IMG/VR virus record: IMGVR_UViG_3300025121_000011
Span: 62,001 to 126,000 of that record
Direction: 5' to 3' (one strand)
Length of the DNA: 64,000 nt
Within the stretch, counting starts at the first letter, position 1, and every line of letters begins with the position of its first letter. The translations under genes and the position numbers were made by a program. Positions 31,201-40,250 of this stretch are shown here, one piece after another. The notes under the pieces are model-generated. The model ran no database searches, had not been told where the DNA came from, and saw only the letters and a program-made list of their open reading frames with translations.

Positions 31201-32109
31201 ACTTGCTGTTTTACGGTTTCAAAACAGTTAGCGGATGATATTCAAGAGATTGCATTTAAATGTAAATATGCTACAAAAATTACTTTAGAAAAAATAGAAA
31301 AAATAGAGAAACAAGTCGATATATACAAAATTATAATCTCTAAGCAAAATGAATTAGAGAAAACCATGCCAATTATAAAACCTACAGATGCTTCCGTTCG
31401 CTGGGTCAACAACTATAGAGTGTTTTGTGTCGAAGTTCCAAATCATGTTTTTGTAACAAGATCTAATGGAAAGATCGCAATACACGGAAATACATATGCG
31501 AGTTCTTCTGTTGGTTTAGAAGTATTAAGACAGCGATATGATATCTTTAGAAATATGCTTAAAAAGTGGTTGGAGCAGAAAATTTTTGCACCAATCTGTG
31601 AAATTCAAGGATTTTTTGAATATGTTGATGGAAAGCAAAGATTGGTTGTTCCTCAAGTAGACTTTAACCATATGAATCTATATGATATGAATGATTACAT
31701 TCAAAATATCTCTAATTTCGTTTCTAACAATCAGGTATCTCTTCAGACTCTGTACCGTAGTCTTGGTTTAAGTAAAGAGGAAGAAGATCGAAGACTTAAG
31801 GAAGAGTTGATTGCAAATGTTATTCGCCAAAAAGAAGAGCAAACTATGAATACTATGCGTCTAGCAGAACTTAGAAACTTGGATGCTGATAGTGCCATTA
31901 CTGAGCCTCCAGATAAAGAACTTCCTGGATTACAAGGTGGAGGTGGTGAAGATATGGGTGGTATACCGGGTGTTGGAGGAGGAGGCGGATTAGATTTAGG
32001 TGGATTACCCGCAATGGGTGGTGGAGAAGCACCGGATCTTAGTTCAGCTTTAGGTGGTGGAGCCCCCGCCGGAGGAGCAGGTCCGGGTGGCGAACCAACT
32101 CCTACATAG
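28249..32109 (+). CDS. portal protein with two inteins and a Gly/Pro-rich tail
   Basis: Follows terL; HPIVRNAI, GESFPY, ILNPDY, RGTSII; about 590 aa after splicing. Confidence 0.85.
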   Translation: MNRRGARTPNSNISKENEPVTQDTLRKLSDLRRAEVHQSLSREEKTDAESNFMHSAVAHSPNFRKTATASASVLPTTTSMSDRMAPDLYSPLFQLANLNLPRDRVTMNAWNRIFYDTHPIVRNAINLHSSYPISKINITCKSKEIQEFFLEMADRIDLYSVVYGASLEFWKNGESFPYAELDRNAGIWKRITILNPDYIHVKKPAIGDQTIISLRPDASLQRLVNSSNPSDIQMKHRVPKYILDYVKKGQNIPLDNLNISHLKLLSSPYDIRGTSIIVSVYKDLMLYDKLRECYDNQTEIATSEGFKKYSDVIYTDDNGCHYLKENLKILCYNSETKEAEYHQPTNTILKPYNGKMFHFSGEKIDVCVTPNHRMYASKKTSRGWNQYKIIKAEDMSKGSFYRFQSKTDFSSSCFKNINFVDIGDNTIDIDTYLKFAGYVVSEGCIYSKLRGGLGSIWRDNKVLISQQPTSDCYEDIKYTFEKVADIIGRKLTSSIVMQKSGFSSTNPQDIWKASIADKELTLHCIEEFSVDGKTDSYNKKIPRWILNLPPEKQKIMLDALIAGDGSVVPSKYKNGAIGYRYNTVSRQLADDIYEMAYKCGFTPNINITTRPDRDFEEYTVLWSDGNYGDTPLVYGNPNHGGANINEVDYDGDVWCFEVPTGLFVTRRNGKVTIQGNSKFAQADGMVNPLTLVKLGGSNDYRPTQADIEAFKIILEEAQYDKDFKIITHDGVTIERAGFSGSVLDIAADIELINNNIYTGLMTPKALMDQEGVCMSVDDNEILTERGWLYYDDLISNDKIATVVPETGELKFHKPTFTTDFEFTGMMFRFKNQEVDIETTDFHEMFLSRNNGVTFNKERALSIFDINDINSNKDFTSKPEESVRFKTSIDLWKGKDAPEVIKTPCKNGYSKEILIGDYLEYLGYYLSDNYLKYKDIKFEFFAEDILSGYKEGIEKHIPESVKQFSKENLEILLKALVLKNSTKEITCCFTVSKQLADDIQEIAFKCKYATKITLEKIEKIEKQVDIYKIIISKQNELEKTMPIIKPTDASVRWVNNYRVFCVEVPNHVFVTRSNGKIAIHGNTYASSSVGLEVLRQRYDIFRNMLKKWLEQKIFAPICEIQGFFEYVDGKQRLVVPQVDFNHMNLYDMNDYIQNISNFVSNNQVSLQTLYRSLGLSKEEEDRRLKEELIANVIRQKEEQTMNTMRLAELRNLDADSAITEPPDKELPGLQGGGGEDMGGIPGVGGGGGLDLGGLPAMGGGEAPDLSSALGGGAPAGGAGPGGEPTPT
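29125..30276 (+). mobile_element. portal intein 1 (384 aa) with apparently intact LAGLIDADG motifs
   Basis: RE|CYD...VTPNHRM...GYVVSEG...ALIAGDG...VWCFEV...QGN|S. Confidence 0.92.
30565..31491 (+). mobile_element. portal intein 2 (309 aa) with decayed endonuclease
   Basis: GV|CMS...TTDFHEM...GYYLSDN...VFCVEVPNH...HGN|T. Confidence 0.9.
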
Positions 32110-32138
32110 TAATATTTAAAATCTAAGCAGGAGCTATT

Positions 32139-32378
32139 ATGGGATTATATAACGAGCAAATTCCTATTACAAAAGAAGAAATAGAGGATATGAAAAAAAT
32201 AGCATCTTCCTCTAGTTCTACTAGTTCTTACTATCAAGGAGCAGATGGTAAGAAGTTTTCTGTTGCAGATGTAGTTACTGGAAAGGTAAAACTTCCTGAA
32301 AAATACACTACTGCCAGCAAAGCGGATGAAATATCTGATCCAAATTATGGTATCAAGAATGTAAGGGGTGTAAAATAA
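32139..32378 (+). CDS. small hypothetical virion protein
   Basis: AGGAG SD; MKKIA site. Confidence 0.6.
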   Translation: MGLYNEQIPITKEEIEDMKKIASSSSSTSSYYQGADGKKFSVADVVTGKVKLPEKYTTASKADEISDPNYGIKNVRGVK

Positions 32379-32379
32379 A

Positions 32380-32913
32380 ATGATTAAAACATCCTATTGG
32401 TCTAAAAAGATAGAGGAATCTAAGCCTGCCAAGGATAAAGATGTACCTATTTCTATGCCTGAAAATGATGTATCGGCAGAAGGAGCCAATGGGTTTAATG
32501 CATTAGAAATGGGGATTGAGGGTTTCGGTCAAGATCCAGATTCTTATAAAGTTAATAAAGGTAAAAAACTAAATCAATCTGGGTCAGTTGAAGGCATAAT
32601 AGATTTATTGGTAGAATTAGGTGATTTAGCAGATGAACAAGACGAATATGCTTTTGCGGATTTTGCGGATTTTTTATTAATAAAATATGCCGAGACAAAA
32701 AGTGACGATCCAACATTGTTGTTTAATCAATTAATGATTAAGATTGTAAATGCAGATCTCCCGAATACAAATGATGTTTTAAAGAAGCTAGCAAAAATTT
32801 ACAGTAGAACTATTTTGTTAGAATATCCTAATCATAATAATCTTAATAAAGCAAAAGAATCTGCTTATAAGAAAGTGGTGATGCGTGCCAGTCAATATAT
32901 GACGGAGTTCTAA
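32380..32913 (+). CDS. putative internal head protein carrying the 20-aa tag
   Basis: MIKTS N-terminus; LVELGDLADEQDEYAFADFA. Confidence 0.55.
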   Translation: MIKTSYWSKKIEESKPAKDKDVPISMPENDVSAEGANGFNALEMGIEGFGQDPDSYKVNKGKKLNQSGSVEGIIDLLVELGDLADEQDEYAFADFADFLLIKYAETKSDDPTLLFNQLMIKIVNADLPNTNDVLKKLAKIYSRTILLEYPNHNNLNKAKESAYKKVVMRASQYMTEF

Positions 32914-33200
32914 TGAAAAAGGAATCACAATATGTTTATGATAATCCAAAGTATGTGGCTGAACAAATTAAAAGCATTATTGATATTATGTTACATAAAA
33001 TGTCTTTAGAAGCTAGGAATAGAGCTTATCCAAATTTGCGAAATAAGGTTAATCAATTAAATGTATCTGAACTTGCTTCTAAAAAAACCCCTGGCGGGGC
33101 TGCGATTGGAGCGAGTATTGGTTTAATTAAAAATATGTTAAATGGTAAAAATCCGGCTTTCATTATTCAAACTCTTGATGAGTTGGCTAAAGCTTTATAA
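32913..33200 (+). CDS. small hypothetical virion protein
   Basis: MKKES start; PGGAAIGASIGLIKN. Confidence 0.6.
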   Translation: MKKESQYVYDNPKYVAEQIKSIIDIMLHKMSLEARNRAYPNLRNKVNQLNVSELASKKTPGGAAIGASIGLIKNMLNGKNPAFIIQTLDELAKAL

Positions 33201-33209
33201 GGAGGGTTT

Positions 33210-35072
33210 ATGAAAAAAAATGCATGGCCAGGAGTTATAGGCACCCCAGAAGAATATGGCGATGGACTTGGGTTAACTCAAGATGGCCCAACAAAAATAG
33301 ATTTGCAAACTTCTGTTCCATCGGATGGTTTGACTCCTGAAAAATCTGTATTAGAGAATATGGATTCTGAGCAGGGTTTGTCTGAGACAACGGAATATGC
33401 TGGTGGAATAATTAGTCCGGTAGAAGGTAGTGATTATAATTGGGTTCTTGATGATGTGCGATATAAAAAGGCTCAGGTTACTATATATAAAGGTGCTAAT
33501 GCTCCTTTAGCATCTTTTCAATGTGGAATAGCAGAAAGTGTTCAAGACCAAGTAATCGGATTACAATCATATAAATCATTAGATGACTCCGCTGGTTTAT
33601 TATTTAAATATAGTCGGCCTCAAAGTGTATTATATCACATGGGAACGGTAACATTTCCAATAGATATTTTATTTGTAGATGATGAAAATATTATTAAAAA
33701 AGTTTATAGCAATATTCAGCCGGGATCTTTGGCTACTTTTGGATGTGCTGAAATAAAATATGTTTTAGAAATTCACGGAGGATTGTCATCTAGACTTGGA
33801 ATTGATACAGGTGATATGATTGATATAGAGACATTATCAAGTTTTTTAAAAGATGCAACTAAAATTGCACAAGAAGTTGGGTTTGTTAAGGCGGCTATTG
33901 TTACTAATTTTAAATTTCAAGACAATTCTAATATGAATTGGAAGGGATTTCCTATAATTAATATAAATACAGGTTTAATTAAAACAGCCTCAGAGAAATC
34001 TAAATTATCATCAACTGCTGAGTTTTTAAAAGTATCTCCGATAACTAATAAAGTTGTAACCGCTTTTTATATTGATGGCTTAATAAACGCAGCTCCAATG
34101 GTTAAATATTATAATAATTATAGTGAAGTAGATGATTCTTGGAATGGAACACTAGACATAGATATCTATGGTAGAACAATAACTGTAGGTAAAGGCAAGG
34201 AAAAAGACGCTCGGTTAGAATTGCCGTATGGAAAAGACACTATGGTTAGAAAGAGCTTTGCTTCTTTTATGTATATGGATTCAAATGATTATTATAATAA
34301 GGAAGTATTTAAATTTTTAGAAGATATTGTGGCTGCAACTAAAGTGAGTAATAAAATAATTATTTGCACCTCCATGAGAGAACCTAAACATTTGCTTAAA
34401 ATGTTACAGCATAAAATATATTATAGTCTCGGTGAAATTATTAATTTAGAAGCATCTCAGATTTTGCAAATTTCTGAAGAAATGGATGCACAAAATATTT
34501 TAGAATGCATCTCTGAGAGATATCCAGAGGCTAAAATAGAAATTAGAGCAGATAACTCTATTTTAAAGCGGGCTGGTGTGCCTGTATCAGATGATATAAA
34601 AAAGAAAGCTAAAGAAATTTTAAAGATGCTAGATCGAGCAATAGAGTTGATAGAAGATTCTTTAGATAAAATGTTGCAAAATAAGATGGAATATGAAAAA
34701 CATCAAGATAATGCTGAAGTAATAGAAAAATCTAAGGGGCAATTTCATCAGTCTGCAAAAAGAAACATAAGAATCATTAAGGCATATTTAATTAAAATCA
34801 GAGATGCTATTAGAATTTTTAATGATATTAAAGATGCAACGACTACTTTAGAAATTATTGATGGTTTAGTATCATCTTCTAAATCTGCATCTGATGCAGC
34901 AGAAAAGATCTTTGCTTTACGAGATAAAGTTGGTTCTCCTGATTTTTTTATGGAGTTTTCTGCACATACAGATGGATATGAGCGTACAATAGAAGACTTA
35001 GTCTCTTCTGTGGAGCGTGCCAAAGAATATATAAATACAAATATTTTGGGTATGATTGTTTTATCAGAGTAA
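33210..35072 (+). CDS. multidomain protein with a DUF192-like domain and C-terminal coiled coil
   Basis: GLQ..SL..AGLLF..HM..VTFPIDILFVD..YVLEI.GG; domains bounded by KKA, KTA and KRA. Confidence 0.65.
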   Translation: MKKNAWPGVIGTPEEYGDGLGLTQDGPTKIDLQTSVPSDGLTPEKSVLENMDSEQGLSETTEYAGGIISPVEGSDYNWVLDDVRYKKAQVTIYKGANAPLASFQCGIAESVQDQVIGLQSYKSLDDSAGLLFKYSRPQSVLYHMGTVTFPIDILFVDDENIIKKVYSNIQPGSLATFGCAEIKYVLEIHGGLSSRLGIDTGDMIDIETLSSFLKDATKIAQEVGFVKAAIVTNFKFQDNSNMNWKGFPIININTGLIKTASEKSKLSSTAEFLKVSPITNKVVTAFYIDGLINAAPMVKYYNNYSEVDDSWNGTLDIDIYGRTITVGKGKEKDARLELPYGKDTMVRKSFASFMYMDSNDYYNKEVFKFLEDIVAATKVSNKIIICTSMREPKHLLKMLQHKIYYSLGEIINLEASQILQISEEMDAQNILECISERYPEAKIEIRADNSILKRAGVPVSDDIKKKAKEILKMLDRAIELIEDSLDKMLQNKMEYEKHQDNAEVIEKSKGQFHQSAKRNIRIIKAYLIKIRDAIRIFNDIKDATTTLEIIDGLVSSSKSASDAAEKIFALRDKVGSPDFFMEFSAHTDGYERTIEDLVSSVERAKEYINTNILGMIVLSE

Positions 35073-35134
35073 ATTACACAAAAATATTAAATGGCTAATA
35101 TAAAAACACCTAGTGATTATTAAGGATTTTCATC

Positions 35135-38100
35135 ATGTCTACTTCAGGATTTATTAAAATTGGTTATTCTAGCGGTAATGTGGTTAAAGAAGTTTCTTCT
35201 GATATTGTTGCTGCCTCTCCACATATTTTGGCTAGACTAGAAAAACTCGCTAATACCTCTAAAGTATTGGCTCCTAAATCAGATGATTTTTTATATTTTA
35301 CAATTATATTTTTAAAAGCAGCGGAATCCGCTCTTGTTGATGATGATGGAAATTTAAAAAAAGTCGGTCACGAGCGTGCTTGGGGATATTTTGATGATAA
35401 ATATCATTGGCATGGAAATGTTCCAGCGCACAAAAATAATAATGGTGATATATTTCCTGAATCTGAATTAAAGAAGGCAGCTAGAGATTGGATTGGAACA
35501 CCATTATGTGTAGACCACAAATCAGAATCTGTTGATGGTATTCGTGGAATTATTTTAGATACTTATTATGATGAAAAGCACAAACAGGTTGTTGGTCTTT
35601 GTGCTTTGGATAAAGTGAATTATCCAAATTTAGCTCGAAAAGTTCAAACGGGTGTAGTGCGGTATGGCTCCATGGGAACTGCTGTAACTACTTCTATTTG
35701 CAGCGATTGTGGGAATAGAGCTACCACTCCTAAAGAGTATTGTGTCTGTGTTACAGCACGTTCAGCATATGGAGAAGTTAATATTGGTCTAAAGCCAATG
35801 GAATATAGTTTAGTAGTTCAGCCTGCCGAACCGGGTGCGCGATTGCTTCGATGTATTGCTTCTATAGGAGAACATAAGGCTGAATTAAGTAATTATGGAG
35901 TTTCTGATTTTGAAAAGTTTAGTGCTCAATTATCCTTGGGACAAGCAGAAGAATTAGACCAAATTTTAAAAGTTGCTTGTGGTCCACGTGGTTGTTCAGT
36001 AACTCAGCGCCAATCTATAGTAAATAATTATTTGCATAAGTATAATCTTGTTAAAACAGCAGAAGAAGGCGGATTAAGGTGGAGTGAAAATAGAGAGGTG
36101 CAGTTTGCTAAAGCGTTATCTCAATTGAGAGATGCAGGGGCTTCTGATTCTGATATTTCAGATTTATATGAAAGTTTTGGCAAATCCTATGATGATTCTC
36201 TTGAGAATAATATGTCTGTTGGTCAAGGAGAAACCTTTAGTAGCGGACAAGATGCTTCTGGAAGGGCAGCTATAGAAACTGTTGATAATGAAGGGGTTAG
36301 AGGAACTGGTGGAGAGTCTACCGGATTAGTTGCTAGTGATAATGGTGAGAATATTGATACATTTCAAACGGGAGGCGTAGGTCCTGAAACTTATGCTTTT
36401 TCTAGTTTAGATAAAAATAAAACGCATAAAAACATTATGGAGGAAATAATGAATGATTCTAAGTTAAACAAACGAGCGGAATTACGTCGTCGGATTGCAT
36501 ATTACTATGGTGGAGCCGCAGGAGATGGTAAGGCTGAACCTGTAGAGCCAAGTACTTTTACTTCAGAAGATTACAAGAAATATTGGATGGACGACAAACA
36601 CATGCATCAAGATAAGGCAATGGGCGGTCAAGATGGTATGTTTCCTGGTGACGAACAAGTTAAGGAACAACAGAAGCGCGCTCAGTTGGCCCAACGTCGA
36701 TTGGAGAGAAAAGCTTACTTTTATGGTGGAGCCGCAGGAGATGGTAAGGCTGAACCCGTAGAGCCAAGCACTTTTACTTCAGAAGATTACAAGAAATATT
36801 GGATGGATGATAAGCATATGCACCAGGATAAAGCTATGGGTGGACAAGATGGTATGTTTCCTGGTGACGAACAAGTTAAGGAACAACAGAAGCGCGCTAG
36901 ATTAAGTACAAAATTTAAGCAAGTTCGAGCACTAAATGGTGCGATCAACAAACAGGCTTCATGTTTTGAAGTTTATGCTGATGATAAATTAATTTTAGCA
37001 ACAACTGCTAAAGATATTTATGGTCCAAAACTAGAAGAGAATTGGAAGTTTTTAACCAGCAAAGAGTATGGCAAGGCTGTTGTTGCAGCTATTCGTACTG
37101 ATGGTTTACGTTCTGTGGCTGGAAAGCTTACTAGATTAGGTCAAGCAGATCCGATGGCTGGATTAGGTGCTCCTCCTGCTGCTCCCGGTGCTTTGGATGC
37201 TCCAATGCCGGAAGAGGCTCCCCTACCAGAAGAATCTATAATGCCAGAAGAAGATCCAGAAGCTGGTGCTGAGGATATTGACGAAGAAGATCCTCAAGCT
37301 AAAGCATCAGATGCTTTAGTGGTAGTAGAGGAAGCTTTTGCTGATCTAAAAGAAGCAATTGAAGACTTGGGCAGTGGAAAAGGTGGAGTAGAAGTAAATA
37401 TTGATACAGATGCCGACAAACCAGTAGATGAAATTACCAATCTATCTCGTAACCTTTTAAAAGATATGAAGATTGTTTTGGCAGAATCTAGTGAATCAGC
37501 TGACGAATTAGCTTTAATTATTGAAGCTTATGATCACAAAAATAGGATTTCTCCTAAAAAGTACTCAGAGCTTAAATCACTAACTGCTAGTGCATTGGAA
37601 GATTCAGCACAATTAACCAGCGAAGCACGTACCCTGCTAAAGATGGCAAAGATTGTTTCTTCGGCTATGGTAAAAACTTCTGAATATGTAGAAGAAGCAG
37701 AAGATAGTGCAAAAGAACGAGAGGAAGTAGCTACTAAAGAGCCCTCAGGAAAAGATACTTCAAAGGCAGCCTCAAAGGCAGAGTCTGAGTTGTTTGCTCA
37801 GGCGCTTAATTTACGTAAACAACGTAGATTAGCTTTGTTAGAATCTGCTCGTAAAAAAATTGCTATGGAAGCTTTAGATTCAGACGAAGTAGAAAATGAA
37901 TCTCCAGATTTAAATGAAGCAGATGATGGTGCTGGTCATGCGCAACGCGTAGCAGAATCAACTCCAAAAGGTGATTCTGATAAAGCAGGTGCTCCGGCCG
38001 TTCCAGTAGGTACCCCTCAAGAGGTGGCTAATAAAGCTCCAACAGGTAATCTGGCTGATGACGGAAAATTCAACTTAGCTGACGATAAAGAAAATGAAAT

Positions 38101-38590
38101 GGAAGATATTGCAGAAGAAGAAGCTGAAGAAGAAGTTGAAGAGCACGAAGAAGATATGCATGGTGGGAAAGATGAAAATGATGCAAATGACGTAGTCCCA
38201 AATGATGGCGTTCAGGGTGCGTCTTTTGTAGTTGAAAAACTTCCATCACCACGCGCTGCAATAGCTAAAAAGTTGATTGAAAGAAAAGCGGCAGAAGAGA
38301 AGGAGGCCGTTAAACTTCGGATGAGAAGAGCTTATGACTTAGCAATGGATATGCAACGCAAGGGTTTGATTGCTCCAACTAGAGCATCATTAGATAGCCA
38401 AGTAGATTTGGTTTTAGAATTTGATGACAAAGCCTTTGAAGCATTTAAACGATCTATAGCTAATGCGAGAATGCCTGAGACTATTAAGGTTGCTAGTGAT
38501 CTTGGCGGATTAAACATAGGTTATGAAACACCTGAGGATGCACCACAAAGATCAATGGTAGAAAATCTTTCTGCATTATTCAACAAATAA
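35135..38590 (+). CDS. prohead protease/scaffold polyprotein
   Basis: N-terminal NNNGDIF..G.PLCVDH..RGIILD..SMG..CSDCG..EYSLV..PA; acidic coiled-coil C-terminus; lies between portal and capsid genes. Confidence 0.75.
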   Translation: MSTSGFIKIGYSSGNVVKEVSSDIVAASPHILARLEKLANTSKVLAPKSDDFLYFTIIFLKAAESALVDDDGNLKKVGHERAWGYFDDKYHWHGNVPAHKNNNGDIFPESELKKAARDWIGTPLCVDHKSESVDGIRGIILDTYYDEKHKQVVGLCALDKVNYPNLARKVQTGVVRYGSMGTAVTTSICSDCGNRATTPKEYCVCVTARSAYGEVNIGLKPMEYSLVVQPAEPGARLLRCIASIGEHKAELSNYGVSDFEKFSAQLSLGQAEELDQILKVACGPRGCSVTQRQSIVNNYLHKYNLVKTAEEGGLRWSENREVQFAKALSQLRDAGASDSDISDLYESFGKSYDDSLENNMSVGQGETFSSGQDASGRAAIETVDNEGVRGTGGESTGLVASDNGENIDTFQTGGVGPETYAFSSLDKNKTHKNIMEEIMNDSKLNKRAELRRRIAYYYGGAAGDGKAEPVEPSTFTSEDYKKYWMDDKHMHQDKAMGGQDGMFPGDEQVKEQQKRAQLAQRRLERKAYFYGGAAGDGKAEPVEPSTFTSEDYKKYWMDDKHMHQDKAMGGQDGMFPGDEQVKEQQKRARLSTKFKQVRALNGAINKQASCFEVYADDKLILATTAKDIYGPKLEENWKFLTSKEYGKAVVAAIRTDGLRSVAGKLTRLGQADPMAGLGAPPAAPGALDAPMPEEAPLPEESIMPEEDPEAGAEDIDEEDPQAKASDALVVVEEAFADLKEAIEDLGSGKGGVEVNIDTDADKPVDEITNLSRNLLKDMKIVLAESSESADELALIIEAYDHKNRISPKKYSELKSLTASALEDSAQLTSEARTLLKMAKIVSSAMVKTSEYVEEAEDSAKEREEVATKEPSGKDTSKAASKAESELFAQALNLRKQRRLALLESARKKIAMEALDSDEVENESPDLNEADDGAGHAQRVAESTPKGDSDKAGAPAVPVGTPQEVANKAPTGNLADDGKFNLADDKENEMEDIAEEEAEEEVEEHEEDMHGGKDENDANDVVPNDGVQGASFVVEKLPSPRAAIAKKLIERKAAEEKEAVKLRMRRAYDLAMDMQRKGLIAPTRASLDSQVDLVLEFDDKAFEAFKRSIANARMPETIKVASDLGGLNIGYETPEDAPQRSMVENLSALFNK
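36500..36898 (+). repeat. two direct repeats (period 216 nt) encoding near-identical 61-aa peptides
   Basis: Y(Y/F)YGGAAGDGKAEPVEP...GMFPGDEQVKEQQKRA at 36500-36682 and 36716-36898. Confidence 0.97.
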
Positions 38591-38605
38591 CAAAAGGGGG
38601 ATCCT

Positions 38606-39205
38606 ATGATTGGAAATAGATTTAATGGCGATAATATCGCCGCAGAGTTTCAGAGGATTCTTCAGAAACATAATCTGGAAAAAAAGGCTCAAGCTCTTTT
38701 TGATTCTTCTGCCGAAGATGATCCTATAGAGAATATATTGAATTCAGGAGAGGATGAAGAGTTTGATGATTCCTTATCTGATCCAGAGTCTTTTTTGATG
38801 GCTGATGAATTACATGCAGATAATATTAGTGGGGCTCTAGATGGAAACATCAAAGCATTAGATGGTATATCTGAATCTTGCCCTATTTGTGGTAAAAGAG
38901 TATGTAATTGTTCAGATAATAAAGCTGTTTCTGCAAATGAATATTTTGATACCACAGCTAATCATATTTTGACTGGACTTGGAAAGATTGCTGGAAGCTT
39001 AAAGTTAAAAGGTCATAACTTTGCTGCGGATATTGTGGAGGCTACCGCCATGGGTATAAAAGATGATTTTATAAAAGAAGCATCTGCAAAAATGGCTGTC
39101 GCCGTAGAACTTAAAAAAATGGCTAAAGATTTATCTAAATCAGGAAATCAAATGGCTGCTGATATGGTTCTTGCTACAATTGATAATATCAAGAAAACCT
39201 CTTAA
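38606..39205 (+). CDS. putative head protein with two copies of the 20-aa tag
   Basis: LGKIAGSLKLKGHNFAADIV and LKKMAKDLSKSGNQMAADMV; LEKKA site; CPICG..CNC. Confidence 0.6.
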   Translation: MIGNRFNGDNIAAEFQRILQKHNLEKKAQALFDSSAEDDPIENILNSGEDEEFDDSLSDPESFLMADELHADNISGALDGNIKALDGISESCPICGKRVCNCSDNKAVSANEYFDTTANHILTGLGKIAGSLKLKGHNFAADIVEATAMGIKDDFIKEASAKMAVAVELKKMAKDLSKSGNQMAADMVLATIDNIKKTS

Positions 39206-39243
39206 GATAAATTGATAATCAAAATTTAAAACAAAGTATTATG

Positions 39244-39275
39244 TATAGGAGACTACAATGGTCTCCTATATTTTT
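39244..39275 (+). terminator. rho-independent terminator
   Basis: TATAGGAGACTA-CAA-TGGTCTCCTATA followed by TTTTT. Confidence 0.8.
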
Positions 39276-39313
39276 ATTAATTATTTGTATTGAATTAAAA
39301 TACTGGAGAATAT

Positions 39314-40009
39314 ATGCTAAGAGTTATACATACCGGCACATCATTACCTGCAAGTTATCCTTTGGATCCTACGGCCGAATTTGAGCCAGGTATGATTGCA
39401 CAGCTTAAAATTTTAGGAAATGATATCGTTGTGGGAGTTAGTGATGGAACGGCGCCATTAGGAATAATAGATGATGCCAGGACAAATGCATTTAGTAAAG
39501 CTCAAATTGATGAAATTATAGTAATTGAAGTAGCCTCCTCTAATATAGTAGAGGTTAATGGAGTAAAAACTAATATTGCAGAAGTAATGGCTCCATTAGA
39601 ATTTCCAAATGTAAATCGAAATAGTTTCACATCTACCATTACAGTATCTTTAAATGATGTAAATGGGTTGGTAATTGTACCTGCTGGTACTGTATTGAAT
39701 TATGATTCAGATGAAGATGGAAATAATGATGCTTTTAAAATAATAACTAGTTATGTATATAGAATAGCAACGAAACCTGGAGATGATTCTACAGTTGGAT
39801 CGGGTCGGGTAACGGTACATTATCATCGGGGAATATATGCTACAGACCAGTTTGATACCACTCAAATTTATCCATTAAATGCAAATTTATATGTAGGATT
39901 AGACGGAAAATTAACTACCGCCCAACCTACAGAGGGCCATCCCGCAGTAGCATATGTGACTGGTCCGCCATCATCATTGATGGGAACTTTGGAATTTCTT
40001 TTCGTCTAA
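39314..40009 (+). CDS. capsid decoration/cement-like protein
   Basis: PLGIIDD..STVGSGRVT..G.Y.TD..LY..DGKLTT; paralogous to 43320. Confidence 0.55.
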   Translation: MLRVIHTGTSLPASYPLDPTAEFEPGMIAQLKILGNDIVVGVSDGTAPLGIIDDARTNAFSKAQIDEIIVIEVASSNIVEVNGVKTNIAEVMAPLEFPNVNRNSFTSTITVSLNDVNGLVIVPAGTVLNYDSDEDGNNDAFKIITSYVYRIATKPGDDSTVGSGRVTVHYHRGIYATDQFDTTQIYPLNANLYVGLDGKLTTAQPTEGHPAVAYVTGPPSSLMGTLEFLFV

Positions 40010-40026
40010 AATAGAGGATATAATTT

Positions 40027-40110
40027 ATGAATAAGTTGGGTCTAAAATTAAAAGAATTATTGCAATTCTTAATATCCATGAATCTGAATAATTTTGCATA
40101 TGCTATTTAA
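40027..40110 (+). CDS. 27-aa mini-ORF consisting essentially of the 20-aa tag (or a gene remnant)
   Basis: AGAGGA upstream; MNKLGLKLKELLQFLISMNLNNFAYAI*; not in the ORF track. Confidence 0.4.
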   Translation: MNKLGLKLKELLQFLISMNLNNFAYAI

Positions 40111-40250
40111 AAATTATCAAATGATATTTAATCTTAAGAGTGATAGCATAGATTAGCGGCAGCATTAAAATATAATTTAGATGTACCCGCTTTGATATTA
40201 ATACACTAGACTACTAATTAAACTAATTTATCATAGATTAGGAGATTATT

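Noticed and set aside
36500-36898. Diversity-generating retroelement TR/VR pair
   Set aside because: Differences are synonymous and not adenine-specific, both copies are in frame in one gene, and no reverse transcriptase is in the window
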